A stretch of 64,000 nucleotides of DNA from Mytilus californianus (GCF_021869535.1 NW_026262723.1:68386001-68450000); one strand, 5' to 3'; shown: positions 25,224 through 38,932, counted from the stretch's first letter. Notes: generated from the sequence alone by a model not told the origin. A program made the numbers and translations.

Positions 25224-27748
25224 AACAACTGCAGAGTTTCACTAAAGTTAGAAGGTCGATATTATTGCACATATAAAATTGACATTAACATCGATCCCTA
25301 CGTTTTGATCCCCTCACAAAACAACACTTTATAAATTTCATGCATCTATAACGCTTTTCTGGATTTACTTTCACTAGGAACGCTCAATGCTAAATATTTG
25401 AAAGCCAAAGAATGTGTAAAATAGATAGGAGTGTAGAGCTATATGACCAATAAAGGGCCTATACACATTCACAACATTCTGTGTATTTATGTGTCTGTCC
25501 AAAGTCAAAAACACGTAGTTCAGTGGTTTTCGTAACATCAATTCTGTTATATACATGTATTTGGGTTTTTTTTGTGGCAAGATACATGTAGCTTTGAAAT
25601 AAAGAAGGCCGTTAGTTTGCTCAATTGAATTGTTTCATATTTTTTTCATGTCGGGGCGGGGCCTTTAATAACCGACTTTACAGTTCCCGTATTTTTTCAT
25701 TATTGAAGGTCGTATAGATATAACTGCTAGCATTCCTCTTGATTTGAACTTTCTTGAATAGTTGACTCACTAGCAATTATACCACATTTTCTTATTTTTA
25801 CATAAGCCTTCAATCCATCAAAAGCCAATTTAGTCTGCTGTAGCTAAAACCTATGTTTCTTAAAAAAAAATCTAAATTTATATACTGACAATTTAAGAAA
25901 TGTTTGTCAAAGATATCTGTTCGTGATATAAGTATCAAAATATTTTAGCTATGAAGATGTGTAAACCCTTAAATAAACCCTATTTCTTTGGGCAATACCT
26001 ACGGGAATTAAAATAATAAAAACCATTATTAGAAAATCGGAATATATATGTGTGTATGACTCGGAGGTGCAATGGAGATCATAAAGTTTGATGGCCACGC
26101 GTGAAGTGCGCTGGTCTGCGCCGAAGTGCGATGAGCTGTTCGATGGTTTGCGATGGTTTATATAACGCGGGATACCTAGATTAAAGTCTACAGATGTGCA
26201 ATTATTATGAGCAGTATATTTGTTTCAATGTCAGTATATAAAGCATTTACTAGTGTTATTGTCAATGAATGTAATAGTTAAAGTTGCCGCGTACTAATTT
26301 AGAGATCGTCCTATTTGATGTTTTGCATGTGGAAATTATTCTTGCTTCAACATGTATCTTTACTTAATTTGTTCCTCTATTGAGATCGTCATTTACCGTT
26401 ATATAATCATAAGAATAGTTTCGCGGTGGACCCGTATTTATTGAGGGAATGACACTTCATCGTACGTAAAAACAAATCTTTCGTATATTTCCCGTTTCAC
26501 AGTCCTACATGTATATTGAATTTTACCCACAACTCAGAAAGTTGACCAGCGCGGTGTAGCTTAAACCTCTTATTCTAGATGTCAGGTAACTTACTCGTGT
26601 TTATGTTGGATTGCTGTCTGATTGGCGAATATCCGTCATTTTATATATATATACATATAACAAACAAATTTAAATTATATATATATATATATAAAGAAAA
26701 GTTAAGTAGAATCCGTATGCTGGTAACATATAAGAAAATTAATAAAAGATAATAACGGTTTCAATTCATCACTTTTACTAGCGCTTTCGCTGCTTTTACA
26801 GATCTTCAGGTAATATATATATATTTAAATTTGTTTTTTAGGGATGCATCAAGTTGCACCTTTTCATTTAAAATATATTTCCGTGAAGTAATCTCAAAAG
26901 ATTACTCACTTCAATAAAAAATAAATAAGGGAAATGAAACCTCTTCTCGCATGTTGCACTTTGTGTAATTGTTCTCTTCGACAAAATACTGCCTTGAACT
27001 CAATTTTGGTATAAATATAAAGAAGCCAAATTTGGTTCTTAAATGGATATTTTTTAAACACCTAAAGCAAGGTAAAGCCTATCTCTTGATATAGGCTCTT
27101 AAATTCGGCAACTTTTAGAGACCGACCGTGCTTGGGCTGTATAACCAGTCAAGGTCGCTAAACTCTCATTATCCGTTTAGGGATTTTCTGAAAATACGAT
27201 GGTTACTTTCTCATTAGAAACTAAAACCTTATCAAATATGGTGGCCTTCGGCTGTCATCTGCTCTTTCCGGGTTGTTGTCTCTTTGACATATTCATCATT
27301 TCCTTTCTCAATTTTAAAATAACTAAAAATATGATAAACAGTTGTCAGATCAATATTCATTTAACAAGCCAGTGCGTTGATACAGGTTATATTCTACTGA
27401 ATTTACTATATCCGATATTATTACGTAATTATTACGTAATTATATAAGTCCCGTGTCCAGGTAAAAATAACAATTTGTGGTTTGTATGTCAGGTGAAAGT
27501 GACAACGGGTGGTATGTATACTAAAATGTTTATCGTCTTCCATTATACATGAGGGTGTGGATGGGGGTTTATAGAATAGAAAATTATTGACCAAAAAATA
27601 AAGAATTCAAAAAATAACCAGACAAATATATAGAAAGAAAATGATGAGGTACTAGAATATATGGAATAAAGAATGATCGACAAAAGGTATAACGATTAGA
27701 AAAAATTGCCTAACATGATAGAATACAGAAATAATGAATCCCTATTCA

Positions 27749-28284
27749 GACCCTCATAATCTGACGATGACATTTAGCTTTAGGACAATTATGGGCATGT
27801 GATACAGTTTTAGAACCACAGTGATTTTTTTTTACAAAAGTTCACATATAGCCTATACAAGCTAATTTTTACAAAATCAATTTGTATATGTAATAAAAAT
27901 TGTATCTTCATGTGCTAAATTTAAAAGACAAATGGGTTTGAATTATTCGACATTAAAAAATTTTACTTATAACATTTCGGTTTCTTGGACATTTTTGTCC
28001 TTTGAACAGACAGCCTTAACTTTTTTGTTTCAAAAGATAAAGATATGCGGATTTCGGTAAAGAGATTAGGAATATCTTCGTTATAAAATTTGGCTCTACA
28101 TTTGTGTAACAATTCTTTGTTAATGTTTAATTTTTGCGAAAAGAAATTGATACAAGAAGAAAAAACGGTATTTTTGTTGTATATTTATCTAGTTAAAAAA
28201 AAGTCGGTAATTTCTTCATAAAAGTTGCAACGAATAATCTTCATACAGTATCAAGCAAAATGTCATGTCTAAAATGAGGGGGCC
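27749..28284. mobile_element. Degraded MITE with imperfect ~30-bp TIRs
   Basis: gaccctcataatctgacgatgacatttagctt versus aagcaaaatgtcatgtctaaaatgagggggcc; no TSD recognised. Confidence 0.4.
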
Positions 28285-30109
28285 ATAACTGATAACACTT
28301 TTTCCTTAAAAAAATGAAAAAATAATTATTTGGATAAGAAAATAACCCAGATATTTAGATATATTAGAATAAAAATATTTTTTTATTTTTTTAAAAATCA
28401 TTTAATATTCATCGGTTAATGATTAAATGAAAAATATAGAAAATTGTTAAGTTGATTTTAAGGAAGGAAAATAATGTTTGTCCCGAGAAAAAAGCCCCCC
28501 CCCCCCCCCCCCCTATAAATAATCATTAATTTATCTGAGTGGGGGCTTACATTTGGAGACCGATCGCGAGGCCTGACTGCCATAAACAACAGATAACGAA
28601 CAGCAAACAGTGGATACACCAATTGATATGTATGAAAGACAACGGCGGACACAAAATGATTGCACTGAATAATTTCAACTACCATTGAGATCGTTTTTTT
28701 TTTCAAATCTCCTTATCAAATTAGAAATGCATTTTAAAAAACCTAGGGATATCTTTTACAGTTTGGAATTGGAATTGGAATTAAAAATAGCATTTCCCAA
28801 AGAGTTTCAGGTAAAACCCCGAGAATCTCACCTCCTAGAAATTTGAAGTGCCAGGATGTTTGAAAATATGTATGAATTTTATTACATACTTGAAATTGTA
28901 TAAGGAATATAAAAAGATTCAGTATGTTTACTGTACAAACAAACAACAGACACCAAGTGATGGATACAATTGTGGCTTATATTGTTTAATTCATTTTAAC
29001 TGAGAGCAAAATTTGATTGATTGATTATTCAGTGGTTGTTTAAACGTCCAGTGGCAAAAATTTCATGCATATTCAGGACGAAAAGTCGTTTCAGAAGTAT
29101 ATTATGAAGTATTTGGTATTACAAATGTTTAAATTTTCTCATTATTTGGTAAATTTCATTTTCTTAGCTATTTCTAATTAATTTGTACGAATCAGATTTT
29201 TCTGACAAATTATGTATTTTGCTCTAAATTAACTCATACGATTCTGATAATATAAGGAACATTGTAACTTAAGTAAAAAAAAAGAGATGATGATTGTTTA
29301 ATCAGTTGTTATGTAAGTTCGCTCGTGTCAGTCGGATCACTGATTTTCGGCAATATCAAGGAAAAACCGGCACGTTCCAAATATTGTTCAACTACTCATT
29401 TAATGGTGATTCTTTTTCTTTAAAAATTGGAATTTATGTAATAAAAATCTATCTATCTCTACCATAGTATGAAAACAGAGTACAAGTAACACGTCCTTTC
29501 TAGTCCTTAGTGGCATATTATAGTCCTTAGCAGTGTTTAGACGTACAGGCAGAAAACAGTCGAAGGCAACCAATGGGTAGAAAATTCCGCACCGAAGGCG
29601 TTTTTCAGCTGGTCTCTAAACAAAAATGAATTTTAGTTCAGTGATAATGGACATCATACTAAACTTCGAAACATACAAATATTTCCTAAATTTCGGAACG
29701 TAAACATATGATAATTAATTAGTTAAGGTTACAAATTTAGGCTGATAAAAAGAAGGGGGGGGGGGGGGTCAATGCATTTGAATGGGGACATATGGTTAAA
29801 ACCACCCCTTTTATCCTGGGTTGAGAACCCTTTTTTAAAAATGGCTGGAATCGCCACTCTTTAAAACGTAGCAATTTATAAATTATTTATATTAAGTAGA
29901 ATTATAAAATCGATGAGTTTTATAATTTGACAACACTCATTGATATTGGAAATACTATACTACAATTAATTTATTTAATACATGGAGTGTTTAGTAAAAC
30001 TGTCGACCAATCAACACAGAAAGCGAGATATCTAAAATTTGTATACCCTTGTAGATTTTAATTATCATACATCAATTTTAAATGCAATTCCAAATAAAAT
30101 GGCTTTGAG

Positions 30110-30391
30110 AACCGTGTATTAAACGCTTATCGTTCATTCGTCAATGAATCATTCACCGTGCGTGTATCGTGCGTGTATCGTGTGTTCATCATTCATCGTG
30201 CATCGTGCGTGTATCGTGCGTTCATCAGTCATCATTCATTTTTCGTTAATCCTCCGTGTAACGCTCATCGCTCATCGTGCGTGTATCGTGTATCGTGCAT
30301 TCACCGTGCGTGTATCGTGCATTCACCGTGCGTGTATCGTGCGTGCGTGTATCGTGCGTGTGGTCAGTTTGAATTTTAGAAGGTCTGTAGT
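30110..30391. mobile_element. Right end of the same TIR element family
   Basis: (tatcgtgcgtg)n then tggtcagtttgaattttagaaggtctgtagt; ta|cag...ctg|ta is compatible with a TA TSD. Confidence 0.75.
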
Positions 30392-32129
30392 TGAATATTT
30401 TTCTATATTTGAATTCTTCAATTAGTTATTCTATAATCAAATACGACTAAGAAGTTGCTGATTTCATTCGGAATAAAAATCTTTTATCTTATTATATTCG
30501 CTTGTTGAGCATGTAGCAACATCTTTCATGACATAGTGTATTTTGAGATGACCCACAGGTAAGTTTACCTGTAATTATCATCGTCAATTTAAAAGTTATT
30601 GTGAACTATAGAACAATAGACTGGTGAATATGGTTTATGTCGATGGTTGCTGTCTGCCATAATTATGTTTTTATTTTTTTGTTATTCGCTTAAATCGGGC
30701 CGTTGATTTTCTCTTCAGAATTGGTTCATATTTTTTACCCCCTATTCTTTCAAAGCTAACAATACGGTCTTCGACTATACTATCCCTGACTTTCAATAGT
30801 TTAGGTTTGAGCGATCCTGGTGAAGGTTAATATAGAAAAGTGTTTCGGACGCAAAAAATTTATTTAGTGTTTTTTTCATTTTCCAACCAACTAAAATATA
30901 CCTAGCTTACCACACAGTATGGGTTTGCTTATTGTTGAAAGACGTTCGGTGACCTGTGGTTGTTTACTGAACCTTATTCATTGGTCTTTGGTGTTTAGCT
31001 GTCTCATTAGCAATTATAAACTACCTTCTTATTTGTAGGTACATTACGCTGCAAATATTTCTAAACAATACTTCACCGTCTCGACATTCAAATGAGGAGA
31101 TCCTCGCTTTCATAAGTTGGATTATGTCTTTTTCTCTTCGGCTTGATATATATTTGCACACAGTACCAGATGTCTATTGGGGCAAGCCAGCACTAATTTT
31201 TCTTTATACGTACATGTCTTCGGCTGTGAAAATGTGTCGAGGTAATTAGATAATCAATAGTCTTATTGAATTCAAATTATGCAACAATAAATACCTGTCA
31301 AATGAACTTTGTATAAATAAGTATCTAGTGGACATGCCAACTTTAAGGTTCTTCAGCCAAATCAAATTAACATAATATGAGTGATTGTAATATAAAAAGT
31401 GAGATTTGATGTCCCCAGTCTTCATACTATGACAGGTCTATTGGGAACGCCAAGGATTGAATGGGGGTGGGGGTGAGAATATGGTCATCCATTGTCGTCG
31501 TCCGACCTACACCTTTTCTAAAGTGGGCGTCCGTTTGGTTTTGCGGCATGTATTTACATGTAAAAACGCAGCCACGTCCGGTCAGAATGGAGACGTCAAA
31601 ACCGATGCCTTGTGTAGTATACCCTTACTTTTCAGTGGCAGTCTAAATTTACTACCCTTCAGCACTGTCGATCCCTCTTACCGGACCAACCAATTTTATG
31701 TATTGTTAATCTGTTTTCGACCTTAACATGCCTGGAATATTTGCGACTGGACTTTTTGCAAACAAGTAAAAGAAGTAATCAATCTATTTGGTCTTTGGGA
31801 ACGAGCAGAGGGCATTTCTTAGTGTAATTTTCCTTCTTTAATCATATTTGTCAAATAATTAAACTCAACTTGAAAAAAATGTTGAAATCAAAGTAATTAG
31901 TATCATTAATTGAACGAAATGGTGTGATATTTACAAAGTTACAGAGCATTGTATTATAAAAAATGTTCTTAACTCAACATCTTGAATGTTCGAAAATCTT
32001 TTGTCAATATTTTGCAACACAAGCATTTTCTAACGATATTCCGAGGGCTAAAGAAAACTTAATTAATTTGTTGTCTTGTTTGTTTTAAGTGATTTGACAA
32101 TGGAAGTCAAAATATGTCATATATTCCTG

Positions 32130-32885
32130 AAAAAATAACATTTGTTTCTAGGTGGACTACCACAAAGTTCTCTGTAAAGCTTCATTTAAATCAATCATAA
32201 AATTTGTTTGGACTGCAATTGGATGGACAGGTGTGAACAGCGACGGACAGGCATAGTGGTGTGGCTCCTTTATAACCTTTGTTCTGTAAAACATGGTGTT
32301 CCGTTCCGTTAAGTACAATTAGCTGGGGGCAATTTGTACTTTGCGGAACGCAACAGAACAAAGCGAACCTACTTTACCCGATTTCTTGTTTGCTCTACTT
32401 TGCTGTTTGTGTATGTGTGTTTGTTTTTATTTGACAGTAACAGTAAAAGTATTTCAAATATTTCTGGAAAAAAATGGTTCCTAAGTGTACCTCTACACAG
32501 TTCTCTGTAATTCTACATTAGAATCAATTAGACGGTTTGTGGGGACTGCTATTGACAGACAGGTTGGCAGAGAGACGGACAGGCAGGTGTGTCCCTTTAT
32601 ATCCTGAACCTATGTTAGATTAAAAACATGCTTTTCCCTTCCGTTCCATTAAAGGTCATTAGCAAGGGCCATATGACCTTTGCAAAAAAGAGCGGAACAA
32701 AGCAAACTTATTTTATTTGTTGTCTTTTTTGTTTTACTTTGCCTAATTAGCGGAACAAAGCAAACTTATTTTATTTGTTGTCTTTTTTGTTTTACTTTGC
32801 CTAATGTGTGTGTTTTTGTTATATTCTATTAGACAGTTGCAATAAAAGTATTTCATATACTCCTGGAAAGGAATGTTTCTGGTTT
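32130..32885. repeat. Two diverged tandem ~370-bp units, each with a stem-loop (Helentron/HINE-end-like), plus an exact 58-bp duplication
   Basis: Units about 32130-32480 and 32481-32885; gacggacagg tracts; hairpins at 32311-32341 and 32652-32680; duplication 32691-32748 / 32749-32805. Confidence 0.7.
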
Positions 32886-34859
32886 GAAGTCTATTGGGTA
32901 CGGAAGCCGGTTAGTGTCAATGTTAAGTGCTTTTATCCATGTTTCGATTCTATCTATAGAAGTCTGTTATAGATTCTTCATTTTTTCTTCATACATATTT
33001 AAATCTATTGTTTCAAGTGGCAATTTCTTTGTCTTGTTAGTAGGCTCATTTAGTTTTGTTGGTTAACAACTGAATGGGTATTCTTCTCTTATCCATTTTA
33101 TTTTATCTTTATTTCTTCTCGTATCCTTGATATATCTACGTAAATCTTAAGATTGTTTAAATATTGTTGGTCGCCTTTTTGTAATGTCATCACTACGTGC
33201 TCGGGTGGACAATTTGCAGTTTTCAGTAATGCACCTACTATACCGCGTAACTGTAGTTTGTAGATTGCTATTTGAGTATGAAAGTTCATTAATTACATCA
33301 GTTTGCTAGCTTTTAACCATATATATTCAGAGATATCATTCAATTTTCATCAGCGTAAATTTAGAAGCCATTTATTAAGGGGAGATAAGTATATGTACTA
33401 GAATTAACCTTCAGATGATGATGAATTTCTAACCAACGGCTAACAAAATGAATACCTACAAGATTCCATACTCTTAAACACAGTGTAGCAGGGTTAGCTG
33501 TCCTCAAACATATTTTTTTACAGTACATTGTATACTTTTATGAAACTTTGACCTTGTTACCAGATTTTATAGTTTATATAAAATGTAGTATTTTGCTAAA
33601 ATTCTTATAATACATTTCATTGATGAGCGTCAGTGCAAAAAGTTCATAAAGTTAAGAGTACCAATTCCTACACAAGCGAAACAGTTCTGTAAGTTAAATA
33701 TATTATCTGGGACATAATTTTCATTGTGACTGTAATTTAATGATTTGTTACTTTATAGTATGTGGTTTTGTTATTTATCTAGTGAGTACCTTTATTTTGA
33801 TACGTTTGGTGGATTTTTTGCTCGACATATTGTGTAAAAAACTGTGTTGTTGGAGACCATATGTTGTCTTATAGATCATAGATGTCTTTTGCATGGTTGT
33901 TTTTCTTGTTTGCTTGCTGTCTCAGTAACTATCCCAACATCTCCTTTTATTCATATTTCTAAAATATAGCTGTTTTGTCCGGTTTTTCAATTTACTAAAA
34001 AAAAAAAAGGCCTTTTTGTCTGTTTTTTGTTTGTTTCGTTCTTTTATATCGAGTTGGGTAAAAATCATTGAATTTTACTTATATTTATATTTTAAGTTGT
34101 TCTAGGTTGTCCAAATTCAAGGAATGATTTATATCCCCTCCTTTCTTGGAAATGAGCAAGGTTTGATTTATATTGTGTGTCAGAACGTATCATTCATAAT
34201 TTGCTTGTGTAGGCTTGGTTGTAAAACAGCAAATTTGCATCACCGTGTTTCAAGAAGTTGTTTCATAGAATCGTACCATTAAACACTCCAACTTCCAACA
34301 ATGTGTTACTTGTTGTTCAATCACTGTACTGGTTTTGCTCAACTTCAAATAATACTCCCGGTTTTCTGTGGGGTTTGTGTTGCTCAGTCTAGTTGTCTGT
34401 GCATTGTTTTTTTTTTACTTGTTTCTCGTCGTTTATTGTTTTTGTTTTTTGCCATTACGTTGTCACTTTTTCTTCGACTTATGAGTTTTGAATGTCTCCT
34501 TGGTATCATCTGCAATTATTTTCTATCAGAAACTCGTTGTCTGTTTGATTTGATACCAACAATTTCATCGATATTTACATCACTAGACAGCTGTTCAAAC
34601 GTTATTGGTTTATATGGTAATGTCGATATGCCAAGATCAACATCTAGCTCCATGTTTACAGAACTTCAGCAGACTATGTTTTCAGATGAACGTAGGGTCA
34701 TGTGATTTTCGTATTTATATATTTTATCAAATTATATACGTTTGTTATTAAGAACTCTTGTTATATTGAATTTTTACAACCACAGAATATTTAATTTATA
34801 CTGGAAATTTCATATTTATTACTAGTATGCGTTCACGATTTTTAGTCGCAAAGTGTTTA

Positions 34860-35830
34860 CATTGGCAACACAGCTACTTTAGTAAAGCAATCTTTATTTG
34901 CATTAAGTAAGATGCATATAAACTGTTAACCGGTTAAGATGCATATTAACCGTATACCGGTTAAGATGCATATAAACTGTATACCGGTTAAGATGAATAA
35001 AAATATTAATATCTGTAAAGATGTATATATCTAGTTTATATATCTAGTTTATATATATCTTTACACATGTACAGTTTACATGGTACTTTACAGATGTATT
35101 TATTACATACATCTTACCAGATTTATAGCAAGTTTATATGCATCTCAACAGATTTACAGTTTATATGGATCTCAACACATGTACAGTACGTTTACATGGA
35201 TCTCAACAGATGTACAGTTTATATGGATTTTAACAGAGGTACAGTTTATATGGATCTTAAGGTTCATCATAACAAACGGACAAATATGGCTGTATTTACA
35301 TGCCAAAAACTACTCTTAGTACAGACTTACCTGTCCAGTTGGAAAAGTTTCTTTTGGATTTTGATGGACATTTTTTTTCCTTCATGCAGAAGGTGTAAAA
35401 ATTAACTAAGTTGTGATACAACTTTGAGATGCTCCCTCTCAGGTAAAAACTGTATTGTATTGTATTGATTGTCCTTGATTGACATGGACAACACGTCAAC
35501 AGGTATCTACAAAACTATAGGTGAGTTAAAGGGTTTAACTGAGTGGACAGTATCAAAGTAATTCAGGTGTTTGTTTATTTTTGCACCCTCTGCAGAAAGG
35601 AAAAAAAATGCCCATCAAAAACCAAAAAAGATTATATCTTTCTGAAACACAAAATGCATTTAACTTTTATATATCTAGTGGATGCCAGGCCTTAAAACTT
35701 TTCCAACTGGACAGGTAAGTCTGTACTCAGAGTAGTTTTTGACGTGTAAATACAGCCATATTTGTCCATTTGTTATGATGAACCTTAACAGATGTACATC
35801 AAGATTACTTGTACCAAAGTTGCTGTGTAT
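34860..35830. mobile_element. Fold-back-like element with inverted arms built from a 27-bp minisatellite
   Basis: taagatgcatataaactgta x3-4 (34908-35000) faces the inverse unit tacagtttatatggatctcaacagatg (35065-35260); outer imperfect inverted repeats acacagctactttagtaaagcaatct / agattacttgtaccaaagttgctgtgt. Confidence 0.55.
35261..35784. mobile_element. 524-bp MITE with long TIRs, TTAA TSD and GG..CC termini (Kolobok-type)
   Basis: TTAA at 35257-35260 and 35785-35788; ~90-bp arms with 4 mismatches, extending imperfectly to ~145 bp. Confidence 0.9.
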
Positions 35831-36724
35831 GGTTTACCTGTTTAAGAGATGATGATGGGTGTCTAAAGACGGTGTTCTAAGATTGGGAAAATGAATATCA
35901 GTAATATCCCAATTTTATGACTGAAACTAGAAGGGCTATACATAGTCATGGATTTTGTTTTTTATTGTTTTGTTTGTTGTTTTTGTTGTTGCTTTCTTTT
36001 GAGTGAGTTAGTTGCTGGTACTTTGTGCAAATTGCGGTGTTGTTTAATACTTCTTGTGAATTTTAGAATATATATATAAGATAACAAAAAATGAACTTAC
36101 CCCGTTTTGAGGAATTTCCAAACAGAAGTCTTTTGGTCTTTTCTATTTGATATTTCCTGCTAAGGTTATGTTAACTTTATGTTCTAACGCTTCACTGATT
36201 ACACGTGAACTGGTTTAAACTACCTTAACTATATGCTAGAAGCCATATGTTGTTATTTTGTTGAATTGCAATGAAATAGAAAGGAAACAAAGTTAGCACC
36301 CTTTATTTCACCGCGATGAATATTTTTTAAGAAGACAAACTAAGACCAAATATAAAGCTAACTGAACTAGAAAAGTAATAGGATATTCAACAATCAAAGT
36401 GCCAACGGAAACAAAATAAAATGGATTCTTTATTTCAAAAAAAAATTGCCAAATATAACATGTTAAAATTCTACAAATTATCTACGTTTTAGTGTAATAA
36501 AACGTCTACTAAGTAAGTTTTATAGAACTTCGTACTCATACCTAATGAAGGCAACTGAAGGTATGCTTATCAATTTTTCCAGACAATGGTTGACGCTGGT
36601 GTCCTCCCCGATGGACGGTGGCACCCACAGCCCTGAAGGAGTAGAACTGCTGTCTTGTCGTAGCCATTAGGATTTTCTTTTATTACTAAGTAATTATAAA
36701 GTAATTAGAGAATCCAATGGGAAT

Positions 36725-37500
36725 GGTGACGGGAAGTGAGCGAGTAAGTGGAAGATATTTACAGTGTGCGGGAGAAATGGAGACAGAGAGTGAACGAGAT
36801 GAGCGAGAGAAAAAGTAACTGAGCAGAAGAGATAGAGAGTGAGAGAAAAAGTGAGTGAGCAGAAGAGATAGAGAGGGAGTGAAACAGAGAGAGAGGGTGA
36901 AGAGCGAGTGAGTGAGCAGAAGAGATAGAGATGGTGGTGAGTGCAAGAGATAGAGAATGGATGAATGAAACAGTGAGCGAGAGGGGGTGGAAGTGACAGA
37001 GTGAGAGAGCAGGGGAATGGAAGAGAGAGAGTGAGCAGAAGAGACAGAGAGTGAGCGAGGAAAACACTGAGAGAGAGAGAAAAGTGAGTGGAACAGATAG
37101 AGTGAGGGGAAGAGACAGCGATTGAGTGAGATAGAGAATGGATGAATGAAACAGTGAGCGAGAGGGGGTGGAAGAGACAGAGTGAGAGAGCAGGGGAATG
37201 GAAGAGAGAGAGTGAGCAGAAGAGACAGAGAGTGAGCGAGGAAAACACTGAGAGAGAGAGAAAAGTGAGTGGAACAGATAGAGTGAGAGGAAGAGACAGC
37301 GATTGAGTGAGTGGAAGAGACAGAGTGAATGATAGAAACAGTGAGTGAGAGCGAAAGAGAAAGTGAGTGAGTGGAAGAGAGAGAGATAGAGAGTGAGTGA
37401 AACAGACAGTGAGCACACTAGAGAGTAATTGTAGGAGACTGTTAATGAATGAGAAAGAGAGAGAGAGTTAATGAGAGAATTACTAAGTGAACGAGAGATA
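36725..37500 (+). repeat. GA-rich polypurine tract with an internal ~181-bp near-exact duplication
   Basis: Degenerate (GA)n/GAGT; 36947-37127 is repeated at 37128-37308. Confidence 0.9.
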
Positions 37501-38454
37501 TATATTAAAGATGCATATATGGTTCTCAGCCAGCATATTTAATATACAGCTTTACAGATGTACCGTATGTCTGAAACTTAAAAGGTATACTGTTTAAATG
37601 CATCTTACTGAAGTTACACCAAGAACGCTTGTACTAAAGTAGCTGTGTACGAAAGTAGATTCAGCAACATGGTATTTTGAAGTGTAATAACTCACCAAAG
37701 AGACCAGTCTCAATATTTATTATATCGTGTTCATTAGAATCACCAGTGGCGCTCAAATCAAAATAGTTAGAAGTCAAAATTGAAACGAAATTGAAGAGCG
37801 TTGAAACCGAAAATTCCAGAAAAGTTGTTCCAAATACGGCTACGGCAATCTTGTAGGGCGTAGACAAACAGTAGTATTTTGAATAAATTCAACAGTTTTT
37901 ACGGACAATGAACATTACAATGATATTTCATGTCCATACAATGTCAATACCATCGGGGAAGAAACGTCCATCAACAGTGGTAACATCCCTGTAAACAAAG
38001 AATAAAAATTGTAACGGACCAATCACGACAAAAATTAAAGCTTCATTAAGCAGATATGCAAATCATAAAAAAAAAATATAATCAAATAATAAGGATAAAA
38101 ACTATTCTTACAGTGAAACAAACATATGCCATTCGGAATGGATGTGTAATGATAGATGAGACGAGTACCACAATAGTGAATATCTAGTAGAAATACCAAC
38201 ACGTTTGGTAGCTCGAATTAAAGTCAAACATTAATTTAAAGACAAGTAAAATATATAATTTAAATAAATCAACTTATTAACATAATACCATGGACAAGGA
38301 ATCAATGAAAAAGCTTTATTTACATGAAGTGATGCGTTAAGTACATGTACATGTGAACAAGCAATTTCATTGAAAATGCATTGTACCTTGAACTTGAATT
38401 CTTGCTAGAAAGTTTATTCAAATCGCTATGTTATAACTTTTGTGTTATATGTAT

Positions 38455-38932
38455 CATATTGTAAAACTTTCGAAGGAATGACTTCAACTTTATCATTCGG
38501 AACCCTTGATGCAATATCTTCATTGTTAGCAGTAACCCTCTATCTAGGAAATTATGATAGGAAACGCAAATGTTGGAATATCGTATCAACTGGGAGATAT
38601 ATACTCCGTATGCAGGCGCTGCTGGAATGTTGCTCCATAGAAATGGAAAATTCACAATAATTGGAAATATGAAGTAATCTCTTTTGTTTTTAAGTTTAGT
38701 CTCAATCGACCCTCATTGTCAATTTCTAGATGTAAGTCAAGATATAAGGCAGACTTAACTGTATCTATTATCCTTTTTTGCAAATTCATTGGGATGTATG
38801 CAGTCAATATAGTCACCAAATTTGAATTATTCAGTGAAAGAACATCATCTTTATAGCTGAAAGAAGGTAACAAATTGACAAGCAGAGGGACAAAGTTGAT
38901 TCCAATAGGAATGATGAAAAACATGTCCTAAA
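38455..38932 (-). mobile_element. Penelope-like (probably Naiad-type) reverse transcriptase C-terminal remnant, frameshifted
   Basis: IPIGINFVPLL, YKDDVLSLNN, SALYLDLHL, NFPFLWSNIPAAPAYGVYISQLIRYS, LRKFY; RT/thumb at the C-terminus with no following endonuclease. Confidence 0.85.

Noticed and set aside
22474-30425. RVSCVYRA-type ORFs at 22474-22897 and 30144-30425
   Set aside because: Translation of (tatcgtgcgtg)n subterminal repeats.
32130-32885. Retrozyme (hammerhead) tandem units or known miRNA hairpins
   Set aside because: No CUGANGA/GAAA core on either strand, and no match to conserved miRNA sequences I recall.
32880-34700. Protein-like fragments on the minus strand (e.g. MELDVDLGISTLPYKPITFEQ..)
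   Set aside because: Short, in different frames, with many stops; cannot be distinguished from chance without a homology search.
36580-36670. GC-rich island with an acceptor, and a weak inverted similarity to 37935-37990
   Set aside because: Short, no consistent frame or partner exon, and the similarity (~26 bp) is within chance.
36686-37418. 240-aa and 219-aa S/L/H-rich ORFs
   Set aside because: Translation of the (CT)n strand of a microsatellite.
38431-38924. Selenocysteine recoding in the Penelope-like RT
   Set aside because: Disruptions are frameshifts and substitutions. The Cys-equivalent position in FPFL.SN is TGG, not TGA.
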